This document shows, one piece after another, positions 38,333-51,339 of a DNA stretch of 64,000 nt. How positions within the stretch are numbered: the first letter of the stretch is position 1; each line of letters starts with the position of its first letter. Made by a program: the position numbers and the translations under genes. The stretch comes from Octopus vulgaris (Eukaryota): the NCBI GenBank assembly GCA_951406725.2, contig OX597819.1, positions 21,886,001 to 21,950,000 of the forward strand, given 5' to 3'. The notes below the pieces were generated by a model, which saw only the letters and a list, made by a program, of their open reading frames with translations, did not search any database and was not told the origin of the DNA.

Positions 38333-40204
38333 TCACTTACTCATTTTAAAAGTTTCATTTTTTTCTTCTTCTTTTGTATCGTTTTTGATGAGGTGTTTGT
38401 ATAGTTTTTTCGACAGGTATCGTTGATACCCGCCTACCGCATTCGGAAATAATGTTTTCAGTATGTGGTGTTGTGCTTGTGTTATGTGTAAAATTCTGAT
38501 GTGTTTCGGTGGTGTGGTGTGCGGATGATTGTTTGTCTTAAAATCATCTTCACAGACGACCATGTTAGATTTGATGTAGTCCATTAATTCTTTATTGTCT
38601 GTGTCTATTGCAGTTAGTTGTGTGTGTGGTTTTACGGGTTCATTACTTTTTTGATTGTCTAGGGGAATGTTGTCCTGAGTGAGATATCTCCCTGCTTTAA
38701 TTCCTTGTTTGGTGGATTTTTTGGATCTTTTTCTTTTACCCCCTGTGGCTATTTGCCATTCCGTCGAACTTTCGTCGTCCGAGGTATCAGTATGGGGTAG
38801 AGGAAAAAGAACAGGATCACTATGTATGCTTGTATAAATTGTTGATGTTTTGTGCGGTGTTTGTGTTGTTGTGGTGTTAGGGGTAGCATTTGTCTTCTCG
38901 TCAGTGTTTTCTGTCTTTTTAATTGTCGTCCTGGGTGTGGGTGTGGGTCGATTTTTTGAAGATTCAACAAGTTTAATTGGTTGTGACGTCAACGGTGATT
39001 GTGTTGGTACTGTTTTTCTTGGTGATGTTGTTGGGGTTTGTTGTTTTTCTTGGCGTTGTTCCATAATTGAGTGTGTTGGTGTTGGTGTTGGCAACAAAGG
39101 GATTTTATTTGTTTTCTGAATTGTTCTTTCTTGTTTTTTCTGTACCAGATCGCACTTGGCAATCAAATGTTCGGGGCTGCCACATTTGTAGCATCTAGGC
39201 TTTTTGCCTTCTGCCATAACATATAGGCATTGCCCATTCTCCAAGTATATCTTGTCGGGTAGGCTCTCGATAGAGGCCCCCTCAATCTGGATGGTCACAA
39301 CTACTGTTTTTCCACCCCAATTGTCGTTTAGGTACACGGCTGTTTCTAGAATATTGATCTTTTTCAAGTGGTAACAGATTGCCCCTGTTATCCATTTGTT
39401 CGGCATATCGGGGGGTACATTTCTGATAGTAATTCTACTCACCCTCTGGTTTTTATAATAAGGGACCATGATGATTTCATCATTTCCCAGAGACTCAGTA
39501 GAGTGAGCTTTTGCCACTTCCTGGTTAGGGAAGCGGACCACTACTGTGTTAAACTGTGGACCCCAGTTTATATACTCTTTTTCTTTCATTATATTTTTTA
39601 AACATTTCTCCACATCAGTTTTTGTAATCTGTTCATTTGGTTTTTTGTTTTTTCTAATAATTTTATATACAATTGTCTTATTTTCAATTTCTTGTTTTAT
39701 ATGTTGAGGTGTATGCAGGACTAAATCTTGTCCACGGGTTGTAAAGAGAGCTCTTGTTTCTATGAGCTCTTCATTTGTGAATGTAACAATCTCCTTTTTC
39801 TGGCGAAGAATATCTGCGAAATTTACTGTTGTTGACTTTTTTGTATTGGCATCTTCACTATTAGATAGTTCATTTTTATTGTTGTTCTTGTTGTTGCTGT
39901 TGTTTTTGTCAATAGTTTTCGTTTCAGTTTTATTTTTATCATTTATGTTGGTCGTGGTAGTGGTGGTGGTGGTGGTGGAGGTGGTGGTGGTAGCAGTTGT
40001 TGTCTCGTGGTTGCTGTTGTTAGTGGTGGTGGTGGCGTTGGTGACAGGGCTGTTAACGCACGTGGTTGCAGCGTTCCTTTCACCGAATTTCACGTTGGCA
40101 TTTTCCGTGCGAACGTTCTTTTTTTTTTCTGTCGTTTCCAGACTAGGAAAATGTTGTTCCAAAAAAGAACGCGACCAGCGTTCAACAATAAAATTTCTAG
40201 ACAT
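38333..40204 (-). CDS. Retrotransposon ORF1 (gag-like nucleic-acid-binding protein), 623 aa
   Basis: Single CX2CX4HX4C knuckle CYKCGSPEHLIAKC (39152-39193) after an RRM-like region (RITIRNVP). It also has T/N- and T/P-rich linkers and a basic GGKRKRSKK. It is in the same frame as ORF2. Confidence 0.93.
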   Translation of the reverse strand: MSRNFIVERWSRSFLEQHFPSLETTEKKKNVRTENANVKFGERNAATTCVNSPVTNATTTTNNSNHETTTATTTTSTTTTTTTTTNINDKNKTETKTIDKNNSNNKNNNKNELSNSEDANTKKSTTVNFADILRQKKEIVTFTNEELIETRALFTTRGQDLVLHTPQHIKQEIENKTIVYKIIRKNKKPNEQITKTDVEKCLKNIMKEKEYINWGPQFNTVVVRFPNQEVAKAHSTESLGNDEIIMVPYYKNQRVSRITIRNVPPDMPNKWITGAICYHLKKINILETAVYLNDNWGGKTVVVTIQIEGASIESLPDKIYLENGQCLYVMAEGKKPRCYKCGSPEHLIAKCDLVQKKQERTIQKTNKIPLLPTPTPTHSIMEQRQEKQQTPTTSPRKTVPTQSPLTSQPIKLVESSKNRPTPTPRTTIKKTENTDEKTNATPNTTTTQTPHKTSTIYTSIHSDPVLFPLPHTDTSDDESSTEWQIATGGKRKRSKKSTKQGIKAGRYLTQDNIPLDNQKSNEPVKPHTQLTAIDTDNKELMDYIKSNMVVCEDDFKTNNHPHTTPPKHIRILHITQAQHHILKTLFPNAVGGYQRYLSKKLYKHLIKNDTKEEEKNETFKMSK

Positions 40205-40404
40205 TTTCTAATGTCGAGAAGAAAATAACAGAAATGAAATGGGGTCGAAACTGCCCCTAGGGGCGAATTCCTCCCTTGGAATGGCACTCAAATGAAAGTT
40301 GGTTGCCTTACACACCTTATTTGCAAAAATCTACACAAAAATTGGCCTATAAATAGTCAAAATAAATGATTACCTTCGGAGCTGAAACGACATCACATCC
40401 GTCA

Positions 40405-41058
<654 letters not shown>

Positions 41059-41391
41059 TTATTTATATTGATTAATAAAATAACTTTTACATAATTTGGT
41101 TTCTGTCACAGCAGTGAAATGGTAAGCAATAAGCCTTTAGTTGGGAACAACATTGGATTGCTAGAAACTGTAAACTCAGTGATATTCACAAACCTGTAAC
41201 TCGTTATCTGTGCTCTACTCCATATCTTCCTAATGAGATATGAAATTTTTTCTTATTATCTCAATTAATTCTCATTAATTAATGGAGTTAATTTTCACAA
41301 AACTCTTTAATTCCTAATTAATAAAACGCACTAAATGTTGCGCTTGATTTTAATCGTATGATGTATTTGTTTTTTTGTTCTCTCTCTCTCC

Positions 41392-41422
<31 letters not shown>

Positions 41423-43019
41423 AGTCGTTTCCTTTCGCATTATTTGTTTTATGTGGGTTTTGCTTCTAATAACAAAACAAAAATAATGTCGTCCAGTACA
41501 GAATTAGTTGAGGGAGAGGTTGTTGTTCTGCCAGCGTTTCCACTACAAAGACTTACGTTCTCATTGTTGTGCTTTTGTTCAACAATTCTACTCCATTGAA
41601 ATTTCTTCCTCGTCGGAAAGTCTGATGTAGAGTTCAATTTTTATGTTTACTTTTGTTCTTTATTGCTGGCTGACCAGGAAAAAAAAAGTTTTATTCGTAA
41701 AGTTTAATGAGATGGAATTTAAGACATCAAAAGTGAATATTAGCTTCGGAGTAAAGATAACACGCAAATGTCGTAATCGGGTCGGCCATTGTAACTGACC
41801 CGAACAAACTCCAAATATTAGCCTTAGGCTCGTTAACTTGGTTTAAAAACATCGCAACGTATTCCAACCCCAAGGCTATACACTGATCTCATTTAATCAC
41901 CAGATTTCCAAGAAAATTCTCATGCTCAACTTTTAGCAGTAGGCCATTTAGTACTGTTTATTTAATGCAAATATAAATTGTCTTTTTCCATAGCACTGCC
42001 ACAGCATGGCCACAGAAAAGAGACTACAACTAGTAAACGCGTAAAACTAAGAACACTAAAATGCTATGTTAATGAGGCTAAAACGTACACAGGAAATAAA
42101 GAAGCCACACACACACACACACACACACACTTATGCAATTTTGATAATGTCTCGTATCTCAGTAGAGTCATTTTACTAAAAATGAACACTGGCTCTATGC
42201 TGCTGTGTTTATTAGTCATTTGTCACTCGACTCGCTGTTTAACTAACTAATCGATTCTGTGATCAATTATTTGGTTAATCAATAAATCAGGTTTGTCAGT
42301 CCTTTAGTCGCTATTCGCGACCTCAGGAATAACATTCCGTCTCAATCCAGGTTTGCCTTAAGTCCTCTGTCTCTTTATAGGATCTATTGATTAGTTAACT
42401 GGTTAAGTAGTTAATCAAATGACAAATAAATAAAGAAATGAAATAGAACCGGTGAGTGTGTTTATTATCGATGTAATGTCCTTCACGATATACGACACAA
42501 CAAAACAAGTTTGAACACACGAGTTCACATCAAAAATTTTACAAACCAGATACAAAAACGAAAGAGAAAATATTTCTTGTAAAATTATTTAATAACACTT
42601 GAATACCATGAACTCAAAGTAGCTAAAGCTATGAATAATAGCATAGAAAGTTGAGTATAAAATCATGAAATTACATGTTCTATAAACATGTAATTTTTAG
42701 CCCAATGTCTTCCACCGTATTATTTGTAATTTTATCTACTTTCAAGTCCTACTGTAAAAATAATTTACTTCATATTTCTCTAAGTTGGTACATTCTTATA
42801 TTTTATAACGTTAGAAATCTTTAAACACCAATACAGAAATCAAAACACAATTTCATCTTTCAATCTTTCGTTATCACTCTTTTTTTTTATCCCGAGATCT
42901 CATCAGGTTGAATTCCCGGTTTCCATTGCGTATAAGCGACCGAGATCGGAATATTCCCACTGAACGGAGGATGCTTGTCCATTCCAGGGTCCAAGGCTAA
43001 TTACGTGTTGACGGGAAGA

Positions 43020-43190
43020 GACAAGTCGGTTACATCGACCCCAGTAGATGACTGGTACTTTGTTTTATCAACTTGTAGGGGTGAAATTCAAAGTTAATCT
43101 CGATGCGGATTTGAATTCGGGACGTAAATAACTGGAAGAAATACCACTAAGCATTTTGTTCAACGCGCTAACTATCTTGCCAGCTCATCA
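43020..43190 (-). mobile_element. Diverged SINE family A
   Basis: ACATCGACCCCAGT..ACTGGTACTT..GATTTGAA..GAAATACC..GCCAGCTC. Confidence 0.65.
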
Positions 43191-43489
43191 TAATTCCGAG
43201 AATGGAGGAGTTTAAATCTATAAGGAAACGAAACAACTCATCCTTTTGAAAGCCAACGCGCTATGATGGTTAATTGAAAATCTAGTTAGGTTTCGCTTTC
43301 CCTTTGTCACCGAACTAACACCGCCTACACGTATGCTCTTGACTGCGTCTTTTTAGAAAGATAACCTCAAGTATGTGCAACAATAATTAATATCGCTTTT
43401 GAAATGCTTGGTTACCTCCCCTTAGGAATGAAGCCAATGTTCATTTGCAGCTTTTCGGCCATTTTAATAGACTATACTAGCACACACAC

Positions 43490-43838
43490 ACACACACACA
43501 AACACACAAGCACACAAACACGTATACATGTACACACACACATACACACGCACACAAAAACAACACACATAAAATCAGACACACACATACAAGCACATGC
43601 ACATACAAGCATACGCACACACACACGCAAACACACAAACACGTATACATGTACACACAAATACACACGCACACAAAAACACACATACAATCAGACACAC
43701 ACACACATACAAGCACACGCACACACACACACACACGCACACACACACACACACAAACACACAAACACGAATACATGTACACACACACATACACACGCAC
43801 ACAAAAACACACATACAATCAGACACACACATACAAGC

Positions 43839-43869
<31 letters not shown>

Positions 43870-43900
43870 TACATATATATACATGAATGCATGTATGTAT
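43490..43900. repeat. CA-rich higher-order tandem repeat (about 3 units of ~120 bp)
   Basis: Recurrent ACACG.ATACATGTACACAC...AATCAGACACAC...ATACAAGCAC. Confidence 0.75.
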
Positions 43901-44316
43901 GTTCATGTATAAAAGCACATACACATACAGATACGCACACACAGATATATGTGTATGTGTGTGTTTGTACATACACAATCATATACAAGCATATAGAAAC
44001 GAAGAAGCAACATGAAACATTAATAGCTATACCTGTGTGTCTGTGTTTCACAGACAGACCACGTAAGACAAACACACACTCTGACACACACACACACATA
44101 CACACACACACACACATACACACACGCTGACACACACACACGCGCGCGCAGGCGCCCGCACACATGCAGGCATTGTTCAAGATGGACAAATGTCAGTTAT
44201 TATCGCTGACAGATCAAAAATATCTCCAATTGTCTGCAATTGTCAGCTTTCATTTCTTAATTCCATCTCGAGTATTTTTCTGACATAAATATTCTGTTTG
44301 TTCCATTTTTTAAGCT

Positions 44317-44317
<1 letters not shown>

Positions 44318-44365
<48 letters not shown>

Positions 44366-44372
44366 GTAGCAC

Positions 44373-44410
<38 letters not shown>

Positions 44411-44417
44411 GTAGCAC

Positions 44418-44458
<41 letters not shown>

Positions 44459-44571
44459 GTAGCACCAGCAACAGCACTACCGCCACCACCATCATCATCA
44501 TCATCATCATCATCAACAACAACAGCAATACCAACAACACCAGCAACAGCAGCAGCAACAGCAACAGAGCT

Positions 44572-44605
<34 letters not shown>

Positions 44606-44753
44606 CAACCACGTTATTGTCATCCTCACCGCCACCATCAGCAGCAGCGATAGTAGTAACCCCTTTATCACCATCATCACCATCATCATCCTCAACAACA
44701 TTTTCTGCTTCATCATCATCATCATCATCACCATCCACTTCATCGTTTTTATT

Positions 44754-44815
<62 letters not shown>

Positions 44816-45089
44816 TATCTTTTCCTTTTCCCTTTTCCATCATCATTAATTATACTTTTCATCCAGGGCTTTTGTTGTCTCTATTATTATTATTGTTGTT
44901 GTTGTTGCTATTGTTGTTGTTGTTAATATTATTATTATCATTATTATTATTATTATTATTATTGTTGTTGTTGTTGTTGTTGTTGTTGTTATTATCATCA
45001 TTATAATTATAATTGTTATTGTTATTAATATTATTGTTATCATTATTATTATTACTTATAATAATAAGACCAACAACAACAACAACAAC

Positions 45090-45184
<95 letters not shown>

Positions 45185-45185
45185 T
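44318..45185. repeat. (CAT)n, (TTA/TTG)n and (AAT)n microsatellite cluster
   Basis: Seen directly. Confidence 0.95.
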
Positions 45186-45270
45186 TGTCGTAGTTGTTCT
45201 TAATCGTGTTGATATTGCTATTAGCGTTGAGTACTTTCATGATGATACCGTCGCTGCAGTTGCAACTTCC

Positions 45271-45301
<31 letters not shown>

Positions 45302-45705
45302 ATGATGAGGATGATGATGACGATGATGATAATGATGGTGGTGGTGATCTTGTTATTGTTATTGTTGCTGTAAGCCAACTCCATGCCACATAATGGCTCC
45401 GAAATCAATTTATTTCTCGTTCAATGTCGCAAGAAACCGATTCTATTTATATGTGTGTGTCGATCTTGAACATTTAATCTGTCTGTCTGTCTGTCTGTAG
45501 GTTTTTTTTCTTCAACTTCCATTTTCTACATGCTTCCTCATCGGACTGCGGCCATTCTAGAGCATCGCCCTGAAGCGTTTTTTGTAGAACAAATTGACGC
45601 GTATTTACTTAAATCGGTGTCTTTACCGAGCCGCTAAGTTAGGTAAACAAACCAACGCCAATATCTAGCGGTTCCAGTGCTAGAGGACAAACATATCTAC
45701 AACTG

Positions 45706-45776
<71 letters not shown>

Positions 45777-45889
45777 ACACACACGCACATGTTTAAAAGT
45801 TTTAGCAAACAAATACTTAGGACAATATGTAAAGAAACATTTTTCTAAAGTTGTTACAAGAATGGGATTCTTTCAGTATCGAACCCAAT

Positions 45890-46232
45890 ATTCAGGTGAT
45901 AACTATTTTATCGATCCCGATAGAATGAAAGGCAAAGTTGGCCTCGGTGAGGTTTGAACGTAGAAGAGCCGGAATGAATGCTGCAAGGATTTGTTTCAAC
46001 GCCATAACGACTTTGCTAAACTTCCCTTCTACTAAAGGCGCAAGCCTCGAAATTTTGTCAATTGTCGATTAGATCGATCTCCAATGCTCAGCTGTTACTA
46101 ATGTTTTCGAACTCGAAAGATTGAAAGGCACAGGCAACTTTGGTGGAATTTAAACTGAAAATATAAATCGTGAAGAAATACTGCTAAACATTTTCTCCCA
46201 CGCTCAAACGGTTCTACCAGGTTGCCGCCTAT
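45890..46232 (-). mobile_element. Two diverged SINE family A copies in tandem
   Basis: GAATGAAAGGCAAAGTTGGCCTCGG and TTGAAAGGCAC..GGAATTTAAACT..GAAATACTGCTAAACATTT..GCCGCCTT. Confidence 0.6.
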
Positions 46233-46930
46233 TAGTTCGATCTAAAATGAATGAGAGTTATATCGCAACTAAAGGCAGATTAAACTGGAGTTGCTTGCTG
46301 TTTCCATATGTACAAGACTAAGCTCTGAACGGGCCATAAGTGAATTGTAGAATTAATCTCCGAGCTGCAGCTGGAACTCATTTTCGAATGAATAAACGTT
46401 ACATGAAATGAAATTCCTTCCTCAAATGAACGGTCCGAGAATGGAACGCACGATGCAAAGTTAATAGCTCTAACACCACCTAACCGATGGGCTACCTGCT
46501 TATTAAATACTCTCTCCCGTACTCCAAGTTTCATATCTCCAATTATAATTCTACTGTTTCTTCATGCACAAAACCGAAACGTGGATTTCGGTGCATTTCT
46601 CTGTAATTCAGAAAATTCTATCTATTTTTTCTCAGTATTTTTTTTTCTTTGTGAAACGAAGCTGAAAGAAAACACATTCTTGAATTTGTTAAGCTTCACT
46701 ATTTATTTCATTTCGCAGTTTACAATATTGAGAATCTAATTATAAACTCTCTCGCCTCTTTCTACTTTCATAACATTAAATTTTTTGGATGAGTATATAT
46801 ATTAAATTCTGGCACAAGGAACAGAAAAAACCATACGGAAATGCAGGAAGGTAAAACAGAAACACAATGGATGCGGACATGCTCAGTGTCCTTGGCAGTT
46901 AAACAAAAATATCCATATGTATTTCTTTTA

Positions 46931-47015
<85 letters not shown>

Positions 47016-47017
<2 letters not shown>

Positions 47018-47415
47018 GTGTGACAGTATGGTAAGAAGCTTTCTTCCCAACCACATGGTTCCGGATTCAGTCCCACTGCGTGGCACATTGGGCAAGTGTC
47101 TTCTACCATAGCCTCGGTTCAACCAAAGCATCCAGAGTGGATTTGGTAGAGGGAAACTGAATGAAGCCCATCGTAAATATAAATATATGTATATCTACGT
47201 GTGTGTCTTTGTATCTGTGTTTGTCCCCACCATCGCTTGACAACTGATGTTGGTGTGTTTAGATCCCCATAACATAGCGGTTCGCCAACAGGTAATATAG
47301 AATAAGTACTAGGTCTAGAAAATGAGTCCTTCAGTCGATTTGTTCAACTAAAACCCTTCAAAGTAGCACACCAGCATGGCCGCAGTCAAATGAGTGAAAC
47401 AAGTAACAGATAAGA
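47016..47415 (+). mobile_element. SINE family B
   Basis: GGTAAGAAGCTTTCTTCCCAACCACATGGTTCCGGATTCAGTCCC..TTGGGCAAGTGTCTTCTAC..CCAGCATGGCCGCAGTCAAATGA. Confidence 0.85.
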
Positions 47416-48589
47416 AACACTAAGTCAAAAAGATTCAAAAACAAGGAGAAGCGTGACACAGATGGATCTTGAAGTAGACAAAGCTATAAATAATAGCATG
47501 AACATATTGATCTTGAAAATCTCCTTGGAATGAAAGAGTGGAAGGCTTCTGTATAATTTCTATCAATTTCTCTTCTCGAGATATTGGTCGATCCCAGGAT
47601 ATGTTAGAAAACACTTCCTTATCTGGTGGCTTCGTGGGATCGAACTCAGAAACACGTAACTCCGAAATGATTGTTTTAACCACACAGTCATGTGTGCTAA
47701 GCACAACACACGCGCAAATACACACAAACACACACACATACACGCACACACACACGCACACACAAACACACACCCATGGATACATAGGGACACACACACA
47801 GCCAGCTGCATGTATGAGTATATAGGTGTATGGATATTTACGTTTATATAAAACTCGATGTTTATCTCTTTCATCAATTTTCGTTCTAGTTCTTTCCTTT
47901 TCTTACTGCGTTCTCCTCCTCCTCCTCCTCCTCCTCCTCATCCTCATCCTCCTCCTCCTCCCAATCCGTCTTTATTCTCTTTCTCGCCTCTTTCCTCGTT
48001 ATCTAATTCAAAAAAAAAAAAAAATAATAAAGTAAAACAAAAGGCATTTTTTTATAAACTAGTTCTTTCTTTTAAAAGTAAATAATGAAAGCAAAAAGAA
48101 ATCTCCCTAAGTGGATTGTTAAGGAAAGTCAATGTGATTTAGTGATTGTTAGTGAAAGTTGAAGCAGCTGAGAGATAAGATTGTCAGCTCGTTAACAACA
48201 AATGCCCATCGTCCTTCATTGATGCACTAATTCGAGGCTCTTGGCGCCCTTCATAAACCTACCGACATATAACCACCCTCCAGCCATAACTAATTCTCTT
48301 TATTTCGACGCCATTTTGCACATTTTTCTTCGTCTTCGTCAACCTTTATTGTTGTGTTCTTGCTGTTGTTGTTGTTGTTATTGTTGTTGGTCTTCTCCTT
48401 CTTCTTCTTCTTCTTCTCCTTCTTCTTCTTCTTCTTCTCCTTCTTCTTCTTCCTCTTCTTCTTCTTCTTCTTGTTCTTCTTGTTCTTCTTCTTGTTCTTC
48501 TTGTTCTTCTTCTTGTTCTTGTTCTTCTTGTTCTTGTTCTTGTTCTTCTTCTTCTTGTTCTTCTTCTTCTTCTTCTTCTTCTTCTTCTT

Positions 48590-48620
<31 letters not shown>

Positions 48621-48886
48621 GTTGTGTTCCCCGTCATCGTCGTCTTAATTTTGTCTTTTTTTTTTATTTCATTCTCCCTTTTCTTCTCTTTCTCTCTCCC
48701 ATCTCTGCCCTTTCTCTCTCTATTTTTTCTCTCCCCCTCTCTTTCTCCCTCTGGCTCTTTTCTACCAACGAATTTATCATCATTTAAACATTGTCTCATA
48801 TATTTGTATTTAGTGGTTCTTTCTCCTTGTGTATATCTAATATATATGTGTCTGTGTGTTTGTGTGTATGTAAAGATATATATATA

Positions 48887-48945
<59 letters not shown>

Positions 48946-49015
48946 ACCTATGTGTATATATGTAGATATGTTTATATATATATGTGTGTGTATCTCTCTC
49001 TCTCTCTCTCTCTCT

Positions 49016-49056
<41 letters not shown>

Positions 49057-49282
49057 TAAACACATACATGCATATGCATATATATACATGCATATATATA
49101 CAAATTCCCTTATTGAATTAGCTTCCTAATTTATCTCCCTTTAGTTGACTCTTTAATATTTCCGTCTCTCAATTTGAACCATAGAGACTCTATTCTAGGT
49201 CTTTTCTCTCCCAAACACTTTACTTCTCCTTCCGTCACCCACATTCCTCCTTTCTGTCTCGCCCTTTCTCTCCCTACCTACT

Positions 49283-49324
<42 letters not shown>

Positions 49325-49619
49325 CCTTTTTCTCTTGCATCTTCGAATTCAGCATTCCTTGTATATCTGTGTTGGTCTGTGTATGTGTGATTATATAAAT
49401 ATATAAATGCATGTATAAGTCCGTTTGTATACATACGTGTCTAAATATGTCTCCGTGTGTTCCTCCATGCATTTAACACTGGAAATAGAAATATGTTTTT
49501 AAAATGTACTATGTTGACACAAAAACAAAGAAACAAATACATTTGTATGTGTGCTTGTTTATAAAACAATACATATGCCTAAAAGCATATAAATACATAC
49601 ATACATACAAACATACATA

Positions 49620-50670
49620 AAATTCTGTACACCTTTCTATAAGTTTATCATTTAAGCATACATGATCAAGTTTGGATATACACGTATATTCATGAGAAGA
49701 TATACATAAAACAAAACATACAAATCTGAATTTATATATGCATACATGCATACACCATAGAGAACAACATGCACAGGAGTGTTTCTCGATGATTTCAAGA
49801 AGATAGTAAAATTGACATGAAGCGAAGCCTCTCTTGGGTTCGTGACCTCTCCATCATGATGTTGTAGTTAGGACAGTGTATAATGAGATCCGTTGCAGGG
49901 ATAACACCGAGGCAAAAGAAATAAGTTTCTTTATTGGCCACAGAAACCCACAGTATGTTAGAAGCCATATCCACCCATAATAAAGAAAAAAGTGCTTGTG
50001 GAATGGCAAAGTGAAAAACTGAATAAAATATAAATATAATAGACCTGACATAGTGACTTTGGATTGAGAAGTGAAACTGTGTACGGTGGTAGAAATCAGC
50101 TGCCCAGCGGATGTTAACATGAAGTTAGAGTTAAGCAAAACAGAAAATATCTACGCTGAACTATTTAGAAATCTAGAGTTAATCTATCCAGATTACAAAT
50201 TCAAGTTTATACCTGTATCACTGGGGCATTGAGATATGTAACACACTACCTTAGTATCAATCTTGAGAAATTAAGCTTCTCAACACCCGACAGATCCAAT
50301 CCATCACTGGGACTGTAAAGATTGTAAAAATAGGTTTATTATTTAAATGTATATGAGTATGTTTAGATTCGCAACTATATGCATAAGAAGACATACATAA
50401 AACCAAACATACAAATCTACGTATATACATACATACATACATATCTACATACATACATACATACATACATACATACATACATGCATACATACATGCATAC
50501 ATACATACATACATACATACATACATACATACATACATACATACATACGTACATACGTACAAAAAAATTCTGTTGACGGATCTATGGATCCAGGTTAGAA
50601 ACCGCATCTTTCTCTATTAGCAAAAAATCTTAAAATAAAAGTGAATAACGACATACATTCGTACATACAA
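49620..50670 (+). pseudogene. Decayed RLE-type LINE (PD..E nuclease) plus an upstream tail copy, associated with (CATA)n
   Basis: HHDVVVRTVYNEIR, NRPDIVTLD*EVKLCTVVEISCPADVN, YPDYKFKFIPV and GTVKI. The tail is shared with 13860-14165 and 49620-49745. Confidence 0.75.
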
Positions 50671-50959
50671 AATGGAGACCATTACTTTCGTCTCATGATA
50701 ACTGCCGAGAAGTCTTGGCATGTGAAAACAATGGTAGGGTTGTTAATCCACACACAAAGAATATTTATCCATCAATGTAGACTTGAGGTCTCATTTTCAC
50801 AGTTCAGTATTAGTGTTTGTATGTATAAGTGTTTGTGCGTATGTATATATATATATATATAGTTATATATATATATATAGTTTTATATATATATATAGTT
50901 TTATATATATAGTTATATATATATATATAGTTATATATATATATGTGTGTGTATGTATG

Positions 50960-50996
<37 letters not shown>

Positions 50997-51005
50997 ATGT
51001 ATATG

Positions 51006-51083
<78 letters not shown>

Positions 51084-51339
51084 TGAGAATGCGTGTATAT
51101 TCATATGTGTGTGGGTGTGTGTAAAACGAACATTTTTCCTTTTCTTTTCCTTTCTTCTTTTTTCTTCTGTTAACCTTCGCTCTCCTGTCAATATTCCTCT
51201 GATAAAGTTCAAATGATTCTGACAATGTTTGTCACATTGAACGACATAAATGCAAGGTTACCTCAAAAATAAAAAAAAAATGAAAATGCTGTAAATGTTA
51301 TTTTAACTATAATTAAACTATGACCATTCACTAGCAATG

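Larger units (their letters stand above)
34522..40404 (-). mobile_element. Full-length, apparently intact Tx1/L1-clade non-LTR retrotransposon inserted in (GATA)n
   Basis: 200-nt 5' UTR, ORF1, 57-nt spacer, ORF2 and a ~300-nt 3' UTR ending TAGCC-CTGTGT-GGCTA-C-AATAAAAAGTT then (ATCT)n. Both ORFs are open. Confidence 0.95.

Noticed and set aside
41557-41669. Minus-strand exon-like segment (pyrimidine tract-CAG ... AAC|GTAAGT)
   Set aside because: It has stops in all three frames and is at most a non-coding exon, which cannot be supported here.
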